This document shows positions 38,206 to 47,059 of a DNA stretch of 51,463 nucleotides, piece after piece. Position numbers and translations under genes: made by a program. The notes below the pieces were generated by a model. The model was not told where the DNA came from. It searched no databases and worked only from the letters and a program-made list of their open reading frames with translations. The stretch spans positions 1-51,463 of the forward strand of contig JASFYY010000033.1 of NCBI GenBank assembly GCA_045046875.1, written 5' to 3'. The stretch comes from Verrucomicrobiota bacterium. GTDB taxonomy: Bacteria; Verrucomicrobiota; Verrucomicrobiia; Verrucomicrobiales; DEV007. Positions within the stretch are counted from its first letter, which is position 1, and each line of letters starts with the position of its first letter.

Positions 38206-38922
38206 CTATTTAGGGGCGACAGGTGTGGCTTTAATCTGATTGGGTGGGAGGGCAGTGGTTTTGGACTGCGGCTTCTTGGGTTCTTTGTCCGATTCCGAAG
38301 CGGGGCGAGGGAAGCGGTGTTTGAGAAATTCTATGTCAGCAGGGCTGGGCTCACTGGGCTGTAGGGCAGCGGTGCTTTTATCAGTAGATGATGAGGTTTC
38401 GCCATCAGCTTGTTTGTCAGAACTGTTTGTTTTTTGATTGGAAATCGTTTCGTTGAGGATGGTCGCGGCTTCTTCAAAAGAGTCAGCTTTTTTTCCGATG
38501 AAGTAAAAGGTCGGAATGATCAGCAGTAGCAGCAGTACCGCTACAACTAAAAACAAAGGTAGTGGTTGTTTCTGCTGGGCGGAGGATGTAGCACGGTGCT
38601 GACTGATTTCGTGGGGGCGTATGCTTTCCCCGGCTTCGACGTTGGTGGCGGAGGGGGCTAGACAGACACTTCCGCTTTTGTTGAGTTGTTGGGCAACCTG
38701 GCCGAAGTCATGCAGGGCCTCATCGGCGTCCACCTCCAAGTGGCGACTGTAGAGCAGTAGGAAGCTTTTGGCATAGGTGGTGCTGGCAAATACTGAGTAG
38801 TCGTCGGTTTCCAACCCGCGAATCGTATCAGGATGGATGCGGGTATCGTGAGCCACGTCAGCGATGGACCAGCCTCGTTGCTCGCGCTCTTTTTGTAATT
38901 TCTGGCCGATGGTTTCTGCCAT
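38206..38922 (-). CDS. RodZ-like HTH membrane protein
   Basis: IGQKLQKEREQRGWSIADVAHDTRIH..LETDDY..YAKSFL..Y HTH plus one TM; downstream of ftsK. Confidence 0.8.
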   Translation of the reverse strand: MAETIGQKLQKEREQRGWSIADVAHDTRIHPDTIRGLETDDYSVFASTTYAKSFLLLYSRHLEVDADEALHDFGQVAQQLNKSGSVCLAPSATNVEAGESIRPHEISQHRATSSAQQKQPLPLFLVVAVLLLLLIIPTFYFIGKKADSFEEAATILNETISNQKTNSSDKQADGETSSSTDKSTAALQPSEPSPADIEFLKHRFPRPASESDKEPKKPQSKTTALPPNQIKATPVAPK

Positions 38923-39025
38923 GCCTGAGTAAAATTGCCTTCAGTTAACCGGGACAAGCCTTTTTGGATGGTGACTTGTTTCCGCTTTGGTTCTTATCCG
39001 CGTAGGCGGGTTAGGTTCTTTCATC

Positions 39026-41659
39026 TTAATCGAAATCCGCGCTTAGATCGACAAGAATCTCTCTAGGCCGTGCACCGTCACCGGGGCCGATGATGTTGCG
39101 TTGTTCAAGGATGTCGATCATGCGGGCAGCCCGAGTGTAACCTAGTCGCAGCCTTCTTTGCAATAAAGATGTGGATGCTTTTTTCTCTTGAAAGATGACT
39201 TCGAGACATTTTTCGATCAGATCCTCATCTTCGTCGGAGACATCATTCTCCTGGCTGCCACCTGACTCCATCGACTCTTGGATGTCAGTTTGGAACTGTT
39301 GTTCGCCCTGACTGGCGCAAAACTCAACGATGGCTTCGATCTCTTCATCCGATACCATGGCTCCTTGTGCCCGCTGAAGCTGGGCGCTGCCTGGAGGCAG
39401 GTAAAGCATGTCTCCTTTGCCAACCAGACGGTCGGCACCGGGAGCATCGAGGATCACCCGGCTGTCGATTTTGGACGAGACTTGGAAGGCAATTCTAGAG
39501 GGGATGTTGGCCTTGATGATGCCGGTGACCACATCCGCGCGCGGGGTTTGGGTGGCGACGATCAGATGGATGCCGGCCGCACGCGCTTTCTGGGCAATAC
39601 GGGCGATGGAGGACTCCACGTCGGCGGGCGCGGTTTGCATCAAGTCAGCCAACTCGTCGATAATGACAACGATGTAAGGCAGGTGATCAGGCATGTCCGC
39701 GATCTCTTTTTCCTTGGCGATGCGGGCAGCCTCTTTGGGGTCGACGGTTTCAGGGGGCACAAAAGAGTCGATCTCATCAGATGCGGGATTGTCATCGTCA
39801 GACGCGCCGGGAATGTTGACATGATGGGCAGTGAGCGCCGGTTCAGCAATGACCGCTTGGTCTTTCTGGGTTTTACTGCTTTTGGCTGAAGCGGCTTTGT
39901 TAGCCGGGCTGTTCTTTTTGTTGGGAGAATCAGATTCATCTTCAGAGCTGTTGTTTCGTTCGTTGAAACTATCAAATTTGCGGCAGCCTACTTTGGCGAA
40001 CATTTCGTAACGGCGTTCCATTTCGTTGACCACCCAGCGCAGAGCGAGCAATACTTTTTTGGGATCAGTGACCACCGGCACGACTAGATGCGGTAGATCA
40101 TTGTAAACCTGCATCTCGACGACCTTGGGATCGATCATGATGAAGCGCAGTTGATCCGGGGTGAAGCGGTAGAGCAGGCTGGCGATGATGGTATTGATGC
40201 AGACACTTTTCCCGCTACCGGTCGCACCGGCGATCAGCATATGGGGCATTTGCGCCAGATCGGCCACCACGGTTTTGCCATAAACATCCTTGCCGAGGGC
40301 CAGCGGAATTTTCGCCTTGGTATTGCGAAAGGGGCCTGCTTCGAAAAGCTCGCGTAGCGGCACGGCGACTTTGTCGAGATTGGCGATCTCAATGCCGACG
40401 GTGTCTTTGCCCGGAATGGGAGCGATGATGTTGATGCGTTCGGCCTTGGTGGCCCGGGCAATATCCGCCTCCAGAGCGGTGATGCGGTTCACTCGTAGAC
40501 CGGCACTGGGGTAGATCTCGTAGCGGGTGATGGTGGGGCCGCGGGTGATGTCCCCAGCGCTGACCTCTATGCCAAAAGTGTCCAGAGTATTGATGATTTT
40601 TTTCTGAATGGCGATCAGCTCACTGGTATCGGAGGGGGTGTCCGGAGTGTTTTCATCGAAATGCAGTAGTTTCAAGCTGGGCAGTTGGTAGTCGGAAAAT
40701 TGTCCTGAGTTGGCGAGCAATCCGGTGTCTTTTTTGGAACTTTTCCCGAGTCCAAATTGAGCGGCGGGTTTGAACTGATCCAGAGAACCTTCGGATTTGG
40801 ATCTCACCGAAGCATCGATGATCTTGGGTTTGGGCAGGATGGGGCCGAGCGGGAGTTCCATTTCCCCTTTATCGTTGGTCACAGGTTCGGCTTCTTTTTG
40901 ACGGCTGGATTTGCGGGAGCGACGAGGCTTGGGCTCGGAACTGGCAGCCGATGCCACCAGTTGGGCATCTGCGGCAGCAGTGGCAGCACGATTGATTTTA
41001 TATTGGGTGTAGCGTTCCCGTAGACGTTTTTTCACCAACATCAAAAACTGGAAGGGGTGCAGTCCAGTGAGAGTGATCACACTGGTCAGATAGATCATCG
41101 ACATGACAATGAATGAGCCGACGGTGCCGACCGAACCTTCAAAAAGTTTGTGGCCAATGGTATAACCCACCAAGCCTCCTGAGCTCTTGGGCAGGTTGTA
41201 AAGCTCGGTCCAGTCTTGGAAAAACCAGTTTTGATATTCCAGCAGACACGAGGCGGAAATCAGCATGCCAAGGAAGGAAAACAAGGTGCGCAGGGTGAAT
41301 ACTCGGGCACCGAGCAGGGTGGTGACTCCCCACCAAATGAGCACGCCGGGGATGAGATAAGCAGCAGCTCCGAGGATGAAGTAGGAACAACCAGCGATCA
41401 CCGCGCCGACTGGGCCGATGAAGTTGGAGATAACCGCGTCGTGACTGGCAGTAGTGCTGAAGGGCAGCCAACTGGGCAAATCCCTCGGGTCATACGAAAC
41501 CAGCGCCAGAAAATGAAGCAGGGCAAAACCTCCTAGCAAAATGGCAATGGCCTCATTCCATGCGTATGGGGTAGGCGGAGTGGCGGAAGTAGTCCGGGAA
41601 GTTCGGGAGGATTTCGCGGGAGCTTTTTTCCGTGAGCGGGATTTAGGATTCGATGCCAT
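39026..41659 (-). CDS. ftsK: DNA translocase FtsK
   Basis: N-terminal TM domain; GPTITRYE; Walker A AGATGSGKS; IDPKVVE; IIDELADLM; gamma domain ASTSLLQRRLRLGYTRAAR. Confidence 0.97.
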   Translation of the reverse strand: MASNPKSRSRKKAPAKSSRTSRTTSATPPTPYAWNEAIAILLGGFALLHFLALVSYDPRDLPSWLPFSTTASHDAVISNFIGPVGAVIAGCSYFILGAAAYLIPGVLIWWGVTTLLGARVFTLRTLFSFLGMLISASCLLEYQNWFFQDWTELYNLPKSSGGLVGYTIGHKLFEGSVGTVGSFIVMSMIYLTSVITLTGLHPFQFLMLVKKRLRERYTQYKINRAATAAADAQLVASAASSEPKPRRSRKSSRQKEAEPVTNDKGEMELPLGPILPKPKIIDASVRSKSEGSLDQFKPAAQFGLGKSSKKDTGLLANSGQFSDYQLPSLKLLHFDENTPDTPSDTSELIAIQKKIINTLDTFGIEVSAGDITRGPTITRYEIYPSAGLRVNRITALEADIARATKAERINIIAPIPGKDTVGIEIANLDKVAVPLRELFEAGPFRNTKAKIPLALGKDVYGKTVVADLAQMPHMLIAGATGSGKSVCINTIIASLLYRFTPDQLRFIMIDPKVVEMQVYNDLPHLVVPVVTDPKKVLLALRWVVNEMERRYEMFAKVGCRKFDSFNERNNSSEDESDSPNKKNSPANKAASAKSSKTQKDQAVIAEPALTAHHVNIPGASDDDNPASDEIDSFVPPETVDPKEAARIAKEKEIADMPDHLPYIVVIIDELADLMQTAPADVESSIARIAQKARAAGIHLIVATQTPRADVVTGIIKANIPSRIAFQVSSKIDSRVILDAPGADRLVGKGDMLYLPPGSAQLQRAQGAMVSDEEIEAIVEFCASQGEQQFQTDIQESMESGGSQENDVSDEDEDLIEKCLEVIFQEKKASTSLLQRRLRLGYTRAARMIDILEQRNIIGPGDGARPREILVDLSADFD

Positions 41660-41871
41660 ATTCAACGGGACCCGCTTGCCAGAGCATTAGAAAGATGGAC
41701 TGGCAGGTGGAATGACTAAAAGATTAACAAAATGAAAAGTGAACTATTTTCTAATAATTATGATTTTATCTAAAATTAGTGGATATTTTGGGTAAGTGTA
41801 GCGTTCTGTAGCCTTGTGATCAATGTTAATCTTGGAAAAATGAGATATCAAGAAAGCTTAAGAATCTGTTC

Positions 41872-42549
41872 ATGATGAACGAGCGACGAATTATTATCCT
41901 GTTTGTGAAATACCCGCAACAAGGGCGGGTTAAGACTCGTTTGGCACGGACGGTGGGGGATGAAGAGGCTGTGTTGATCTACAGATCTTTAGTGGCGCAT
42001 TTGATCGGTATGTTGAGGGAGACGGATGCCGATGAATTGTGTGTCAGCTTTGACCCGGCGGATAAAAGGGCGGAAGTTGAAATGTGGATCGACGGTCTGT
42101 GGTCGGCGGAGAAGGAGGGGGCGTTGGCAACGAGTCCGGTGCTGACGTTTCGACCGCAGTGTGAGGGGGATTTGGGAGAGCGAATGGAGACGACTTTCAG
42201 TGAGATTTTCCAGCAGCATGAGGAGGAGGAAATGCCAACTCCGTTCATCGTTGCCATGGGCAGTGATTGCATTGAGCTCGATGGTCAAACCCTGCAGGCT
42301 GCATGGCAGGCTTTGCGGGCAAAAGATGTGGTGTTCGGGCCGACCGTGGATGGCGGGTATTATTTGTTGGCAATGAAGGCCTTACAGCCCGTGTTGTTTC
42401 AAGATATCCCCTGGAGCATGGAAGATACCCTTGAGGTGAGCTTGCAACGGTGCCGGGATGCGGGTTTGCAGGTGGAGCTATTGGATGAAAAACACGATAT
42501 CGATACCGAAGAGGATTGGCTGCAGCAGCAGGGCTTCATTGTGGGATGA
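41872..42549 (+). CDS. DUF2064 / TIGR04282-family glycosyltransferase-like protein
   Basis: FVKYPQQGRVKTRLA, QCEGDLGERM, GSDC, FGPTVDGGYYL, IPWS and DIDTEED. Confidence 0.88.
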   Translation: MMNERRIIILFVKYPQQGRVKTRLARTVGDEEAVLIYRSLVAHLIGMLRETDADELCVSFDPADKRAEVEMWIDGLWSAEKEGALATSPVLTFRPQCEGDLGERMETTFSEIFQQHEEEEMPTPFIVAMGSDCIELDGQTLQAAWQALRAKDVVFGPTVDGGYYLLAMKALQPVLFQDIPWSMEDTLEVSLQRCRDAGLQVELLDEKHDIDTEEDWLQQQGFIVG

Positions 42550-42556
42550 AGCGATT

Positions 42557-43258
42557 TCAGGAATTTTTATCCGTTGCAAAACAGCGGTAAACCCAGCCGG
42601 CTAGAATGGCGCCGACGATGGGGGCCAGCCAGAACAACCAGAGTTGTGAAATCGCCCAGCTTCCTTGGAATAAAGCCACTCCGGTGCTTCGGGCGGGGTT
42701 CGCCGAGGTATTGGTGACGGGAATGCTGATGAGGTGGATGAGAGTGAGTCCGAGACCTATGGCAATCGGGGCAAAACCTTGCGGGGCGCGAGAATCGGTG
42801 GCACCCAGGATGATGATCAGGAACATAAAGGTCATGGTGATTTCAGTGACGAGGGCAGCGGTCAAGCTGTAGCCGCCAGGGGAATGTTCCCCATAGCCGT
42901 TGGAGGCAAAACCGGCAGCGGCATCAAAACCTGATTGTCCACTGGCGATCACATACAAAATTGCAGCGGCGCTTATTCCTCCAGCTACTTGGGTAATGAT
43001 GTAGGGAGCCAGTTCTTTGGCCGAAAATCGTCCACCTGACCACAATCCAAATGATACGGCAGGATTGAGGTGGCAACCAGAGATGTGGCCAATCGCAAAG
43101 GCCATGGTCAATACGGTGAGTCCAAAAGCAAAAGAGACTCCCAGCCAGCCAATGCCCACATCATCAACGCCGGCGGCAAGAACGGCACTACCGCAGCCGC
43201 CCAGGACAAGCCAAAAGGTACCGATGAATTCAGCTGCGAGTTTTTTCTTTAAGGTCAT
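42557..43258 (-). CDS. aqpZ: Aquaporin Z
   Basis: [42 protein letters not shown] and [12 protein letters not shown]. Confidence 0.97.
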   Translation of the reverse strand: MTLKKKLAAEFIGTFWLVLGGCGSAVLAAGVDDVGIGWLGVSFAFGLTVLTMAFAIGHISGCHLNPAVSFGLWSGGRFSAKELAPYIITQVAGGISAAAILYVIASGQSGFDAAAGFASNGYGEHSPGGYSLTAALVTEITMTFMFLIIILGATDSRAPQGFAPIAIGLGLTLIHLISIPVTNTSANPARSTGVALFQGSWAISQLWLFWLAPIVGAILAGWVYRCFATDKNS

Positions 43259-43434
43259 TTTGTGCTTGGGTGGTGAGTTGGTTTCTGGGGTTTTATCTGG
43301 TCGGCTTTGATTTGGCAAGAGTCGATTTGCGGTGCTGTTGGAATAGCTAAACTCAAAGGGGGTGCAGTATCGGCTTGCCGTGGGCATTGATTCGGATTAA
43401 GAAACGGCGATAATAGCTTAAACTATCGTTTTCC

Positions 43435-45045
43435 ATGCTCACAATTCGAAATCTCAAAATGTCCTATGGCGGTCGCACTCTTTTCGAGGACGCGTCGATG
43501 CAGATCAACTATGGGGATCGGGTGGCTTTGGTCGGACCTAACGGGGCGGGCAAGTCCACTTTGTTTTCGATCATTTTGAAGGACTTCGAGCCGGACAAGG
43601 GCAAGGTCGAGCGTGATGAATGGACGATGGTGGGATTTTTGCCGCAGGAAAGCGAAGCGGTGGGGGACGAGACGGTGATGGATGTGGCTACGGGTCGGGT
43701 GGGTGAGCTGGAGGGCCTGGAGAAAACTTTACGTGAATTGGAGGAGGCGGGCACGGTGGATATTCCTGAGTATTATGAAGCTCAGGCGAAATATGATGCT
43801 TTGAGTGATCCGGGCATCGAAGCCAAGGCAGCTAAAATGCTGAGTGGACTGGGTTACAAACAGGAGGATTTCACTCGCTCGGCGAAAGAAATGAGCGGGG
43901 GATGGATCATGCGGGCGCATTTGGCGCGGCTGTTGGTGATGGCTCCCGACTTGTTGATGCTGGATGAGCCGACCAATCACCTGGATTTGTTGTCGTTGTT
44001 GTGGTTGCAGGATTATTTGAAAAATTACTCGGGCGCGGTTTTTATGATTTCCCATGACCGTGAGTTCATGGATGAGATCGTGAAAAATGTTTATGACATC
44101 GATGAAAGAGAGTTGATCCCCTACAAAGGCAATTATTCTGATTATTTGCAGCAGCGGGAGGCGAAATACAACCAACAAAATGCGGCTTGGAAAAACCAGC
44201 AGAAAGAGATCAAAGCGCTGCAGGATTTTGTGAACAAATTCCGTGCGGTTCAGTCGAAAGCCTCGCAGGCGCAGAGCAAGTTGAAGCAGATCGAACGAAT
44301 CGAGAAACTTGATAAACCGCTGGCGCCGAAAAAACCGTTTCGCTTTCAGTTTCCGCAACCACCACGCGGAGGGCAGCGCTGTATCACTTTGGAGGGTGTC
44401 GATATGGCTTATGGGGATTTGCAGATTTACAAAGGACTGGATCTTGAGATTGAGCGCGGCGAGCGCACCGTGCTGGTGGGGCCTAACGGTTCGGGGAAAT
44501 CAACTTTGATAAAGATATTAGCAGGCGAGTTAGAGTTTCAGGCTGGGGAACGCAAGTTGGGGCATAATGCCAAGATTGGATACTTCAGTCAGCATCGCTC
44601 CGCATCGCTCAATCCGAAGAACACCGTTTTGCAGGAGGTGATGGATTGCGCTCCGATGATGCGAGAGGACGAAGTTCGTGGGGTGTTGGGCTCGTTTTTG
44701 TTTCGTAAAGAAGAGATCTACAAAAAGACAGAGGTGCTCAGTGGTGGCGAAAAGAGTCGCTTGAATTTGATTAAGTTTTTGGTCGACCCACCGAACTTAT
44801 TGCTGATGGACGAACCGACCACTCACTTGGATATTTTGACGGTGGAGTCATTGATACTCGCTTTGGACAGGTATGAAGGAACGCTGGTATTCATTTCCCA
44901 TGACGTGCATTTCATTCGCAAGCTAGCGACCAAGGTGCTGCATGTCGCTGGTGGCAAGGTGACGCCTTATGCGGGGGATTATGATTATTTCCTTGAGAAA
45001 GCTGGGAAGTTGGGGGATGAGCGTGCGGCTTTGACGGCGGGGTGA
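43435..45045 (+). CDS. ABC-F family ribosome-associated ATPase
   Basis: Two NBDs (GPNGAGKST/MSGGW/LDEPTNHLD and GPNGSGKST/LSGGE/MDEPTTHLD); no TM segments; helical linker. Confidence 0.95.
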   Translation: MLTIRNLKMSYGGRTLFEDASMQINYGDRVALVGPNGAGKSTLFSIILKDFEPDKGKVERDEWTMVGFLPQESEAVGDETVMDVATGRVGELEGLEKTLRELEEAGTVDIPEYYEAQAKYDALSDPGIEAKAAKMLSGLGYKQEDFTRSAKEMSGGWIMRAHLARLLVMAPDLLMLDEPTNHLDLLSLLWLQDYLKNYSGAVFMISHDREFMDEIVKNVYDIDERELIPYKGNYSDYLQQREAKYNQQNAAWKNQQKEIKALQDFVNKFRAVQSKASQAQSKLKQIERIEKLDKPLAPKKPFRFQFPQPPRGGQRCITLEGVDMAYGDLQIYKGLDLEIERGERTVLVGPNGSGKSTLIKILAGELEFQAGERKLGHNAKIGYFSQHRSASLNPKNTVLQEVMDCAPMMREDEVRGVLGSFLFRKEEIYKKTEVLSGGEKSRLNLIKFLVDPPNLLLMDEPTTHLDILTVESLILALDRYEGTLVFISHDVHFIRKLATKVLHVAGGKVTPYAGDYDYFLEKAGKLGDERAALTAG

Positions 45046-45081
45046 TTTGGGGGAGGGGGAGAACCGCTAATAAGAAAAGGG

Positions 45082-45639
45082 ATGGGAGGGAAGGAGAGAA
45101 AGACAAATAAGTGGAAAGCCGCTTTGGTAGTGATGGCGGTGCTTTGTGTGATTGGCGTTTTTGGAATAATCGTAAACTCTATTTTTCAGGCGAAAGCCTT
45201 GTGGTGGAAAGGAATTGATACAGGGTATTTGGTTAAAGAAGTGTCAGCAGGTCTCTCTTCTTACAAGTTGGAAAACGGTTGGTATCCGGTTAATTCTGGT
45301 GATAAAAAGGAGGGGGCTTTTGTGCTCTATAAATATTTGTCGGGTGATTTTGATGAGGACGGAGCGGTGGATTCGGAAACTGCAGGCAATAAAGTTTATA
45401 TGGAAGGTCTTGATTGGAATACGGCCAAAAATGATCCTCTCAAACGGGTGAGAAAAATAGGTGGACGATTTGCTCTGATTGATCCCTATGGCGATTTGAT
45501 TCGTTACCGTTGTGAGCCTGAAGAGCAAGAAAAGCGAAGCACTCGTAATCCCACTTATGACCTATGGTCTCTCGGAGGGGCGGAGTCCGACGCGGATACG
45601 ATGAGTAATTGTTCATGGTGGCTGACCAATTGGGATTAG
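45082..45639 (+). CDS. Pilin-like paralogue of 37623..38198 lacking the prepilin peptidase site
   Basis: 82/137 identical residues to the pilin globular domain in a manual alignment; N-terminal TM without G|FxxxE. Confidence 0.85.
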   Translation: MGGKERKTNKWKAALVVMAVLCVIGVFGIIVNSIFQAKALWWKGIDTGYLVKEVSAGLSSYKLENGWYPVNSGDKKEGAFVLYKYLSGDFDEDGAVDSETAGNKVYMEGLDWNTAKNDPLKRVRKIGGRFALIDPYGDLIRYRCEPEEQEKRSTRNPTYDLWSLGGAESDADTMSNCSWWLTNWD

Positions 45640-45650
45640 TTTCAACTAGA

Positions 45651-46583
45651 TCACCGATTCAACTGGTCGAGCCAGGTGAGCACATCAGTGAGCACAACTT
45701 CGACGTGTTTTTTGTCGAGACCGACGTGGTCGGAGTCATACCAGATGACTTTGGCTTGGTCTCCTGCGGTGGAGATCAGGGCTTTGGCGGCGGCGGTGGG
45801 GATGATGCTGTCGTGGGTGCCGTTTTGGATGAGCAGGGGGCGCCGGGTGAGTTGGTCGGCGTAGAGCAGGGGCTCGGCGGGAGCCATGATGAATGCGGTG
45901 AGCAGGGCGGCGGGCGTGGTCCACGAACCGAGCTCTTTGCGGATGATGGGGCTGTCAGTCAGGTGGCCCCAGCCACCGCCGCCATAGATCAATGCGGTGG
46001 CTGAAATACGCGGTTCCTGGGCGGCGACAATGGTGCCCATGATGGCTCCGAAGCTGGCGCCAACCAGATAAATTTTTTGCGAATCGATTTCGGGACGGGT
46101 TTGCAAGTAGTCAACCAGGCGGCGGGTCTCCATGACGGTTAGGGCGGCGCGGCGGCGCATGGCTAGACCTTTTTTGACATCGCTGCTGCCGGCGGCAAGC
46201 CGTCGTTCACCCCGGGTGTATTGATCAAAACAAACGATGGCGTAGCCGTGTGAGGTGAAAAAGGGGGCGATCAGTTTGAGGAAGGATTTGCTTTGGCCGA
46301 TGCCGTGTAAAAAAATGACGCAGGGCAGGGGGCTTTTGTTTTTTGTGGATGGGTAGTAGGAGACCAGCGGCACGGGTATTTCTCCGACACCGTCAAAAAC
46401 GGATTGCTGTGAGTGAATCGCGGCTGCCGTATGGTCGGACAGAATACGGGCGTTCAGTGGGGCGGTGGAATTGTAGTCCTGGTAAAAGTCGCGATCTGCT
46501 TTTTTCTTGAGAATGAAAAGCGCAAGCAGCAGCAGGGCAAAGATGCCGCTAAGTCTCAGGATCCATCGGCGTAGAGTTTTCAC
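45651..46583 (-). CDS. Alpha/beta hydrolase (esterase-like), membrane-anchored
   Basis: FLHGIG; nucleophile elbow GASFG; GTHD; DSDH; N-terminal TM; GTG start. Confidence 0.85.
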   Translation of the reverse strand: MKTLRRWILRLSGIFALLLLALFILKKKADRDFYQDYNSTAPLNARILSDHTAAAIHSQQSVFDGVGEIPVPLVSYYPSTKNKSPLPCVIFLHGIGQSKSFLKLIAPFFTSHGYAIVCFDQYTRGERRLAAGSSDVKKGLAMRRRAALTVMETRRLVDYLQTRPEIDSQKIYLVGASFGAIMGTIVAAQEPRISATALIYGGGGWGHLTDSPIIRKELGSWTTPAALLTAFIMAPAEPLLYADQLTRRPLLIQNGTHDSIIPTAAAKALISTAGDQAKVIWYDSDHVGLDKKHVEVVLTDVLTWLDQLNR

Positions 46584-46614
46584 TCTGGCAGAGTGCCATT
46601 AATTGGCTGGAGAA

Positions 46615-46827
46615 TCAAGAGGATCTGCGCTCTTGTCTCCACTGGCTGCGGTAGTTCATCACCCAGTCGAGCAGGGTGGCGTCAAAGCCGATGTCGTGTC
46701 CGGCTTCTTCACTTTTGAGCCATTTGTGGCGCATGATCTCCTCCCTTTCGGCGAGGAACTCCTGATAGAGAGAGGATTTCTCTAAAAGGGGATCTGGACT
46801 GGAACTTTTTGAGGACTTCGCGGGCAT
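46615..46827 (-). CDS. Small DUF4032-like protein
   Basis: SSLYQEFLAEREEIMRHKWLKSEEAGHDIGFDATLLDW, matching the H-K-W..SE..G.D.G motif. Confidence 0.72.
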   Translation of the reverse strand: MPAKSSKSSSPDPLLEKSSLYQEFLAEREEIMRHKWLKSEEAGHDIGFDATLLDWVMNYRSQWRQERRSS

Positions 46828-47059
46828 GGGGAAAACAGAAAGGATTGAATGTTTTTTAATAAGCGCCTCTATCGGGGAAGCAAGAAAAAACGGCGATTTT
46901 TGAGCAGAACTGCGCGAATCTTGTCAAAAAGTGGAACTGGTGAATTGGCTGTAATAAATTGATGTTCAGGTCTTTAATTGGCCTTTGTTTATTACAGCCT
47001 TTGATTCCCCCCCAACCTCCGATTTGTTTGTGCTGAAAATTTTTGCTCATCGCAGTTTT

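Noticed and set aside
41672..41710. Possible structured RNA upstream of ftsK (ccgcttgccag...ctggcaggtgg)
   Set aside because: The stem depends on G-U pairs on the strand opposite to ftsK and matches no RNA family I recognise.
32313..43258. Arsenic-handling cluster (ArsC-like, TIGR04282-like, aquaporin)
   Set aside because: The genes are scattered or convergent; no arsR, arsM or arsS; the aquaporin is an orthodox AqpZ, and the ArsC-like protein is the generic Spx/MgsR type.
37623..45639. Diversity-generating retroelement or invertible cassette linking the two pilin copies
   Set aside because: Differences affect all bases and many are synonymous rather than adenine-specific; no reverse transcriptase or recombinase in the window.
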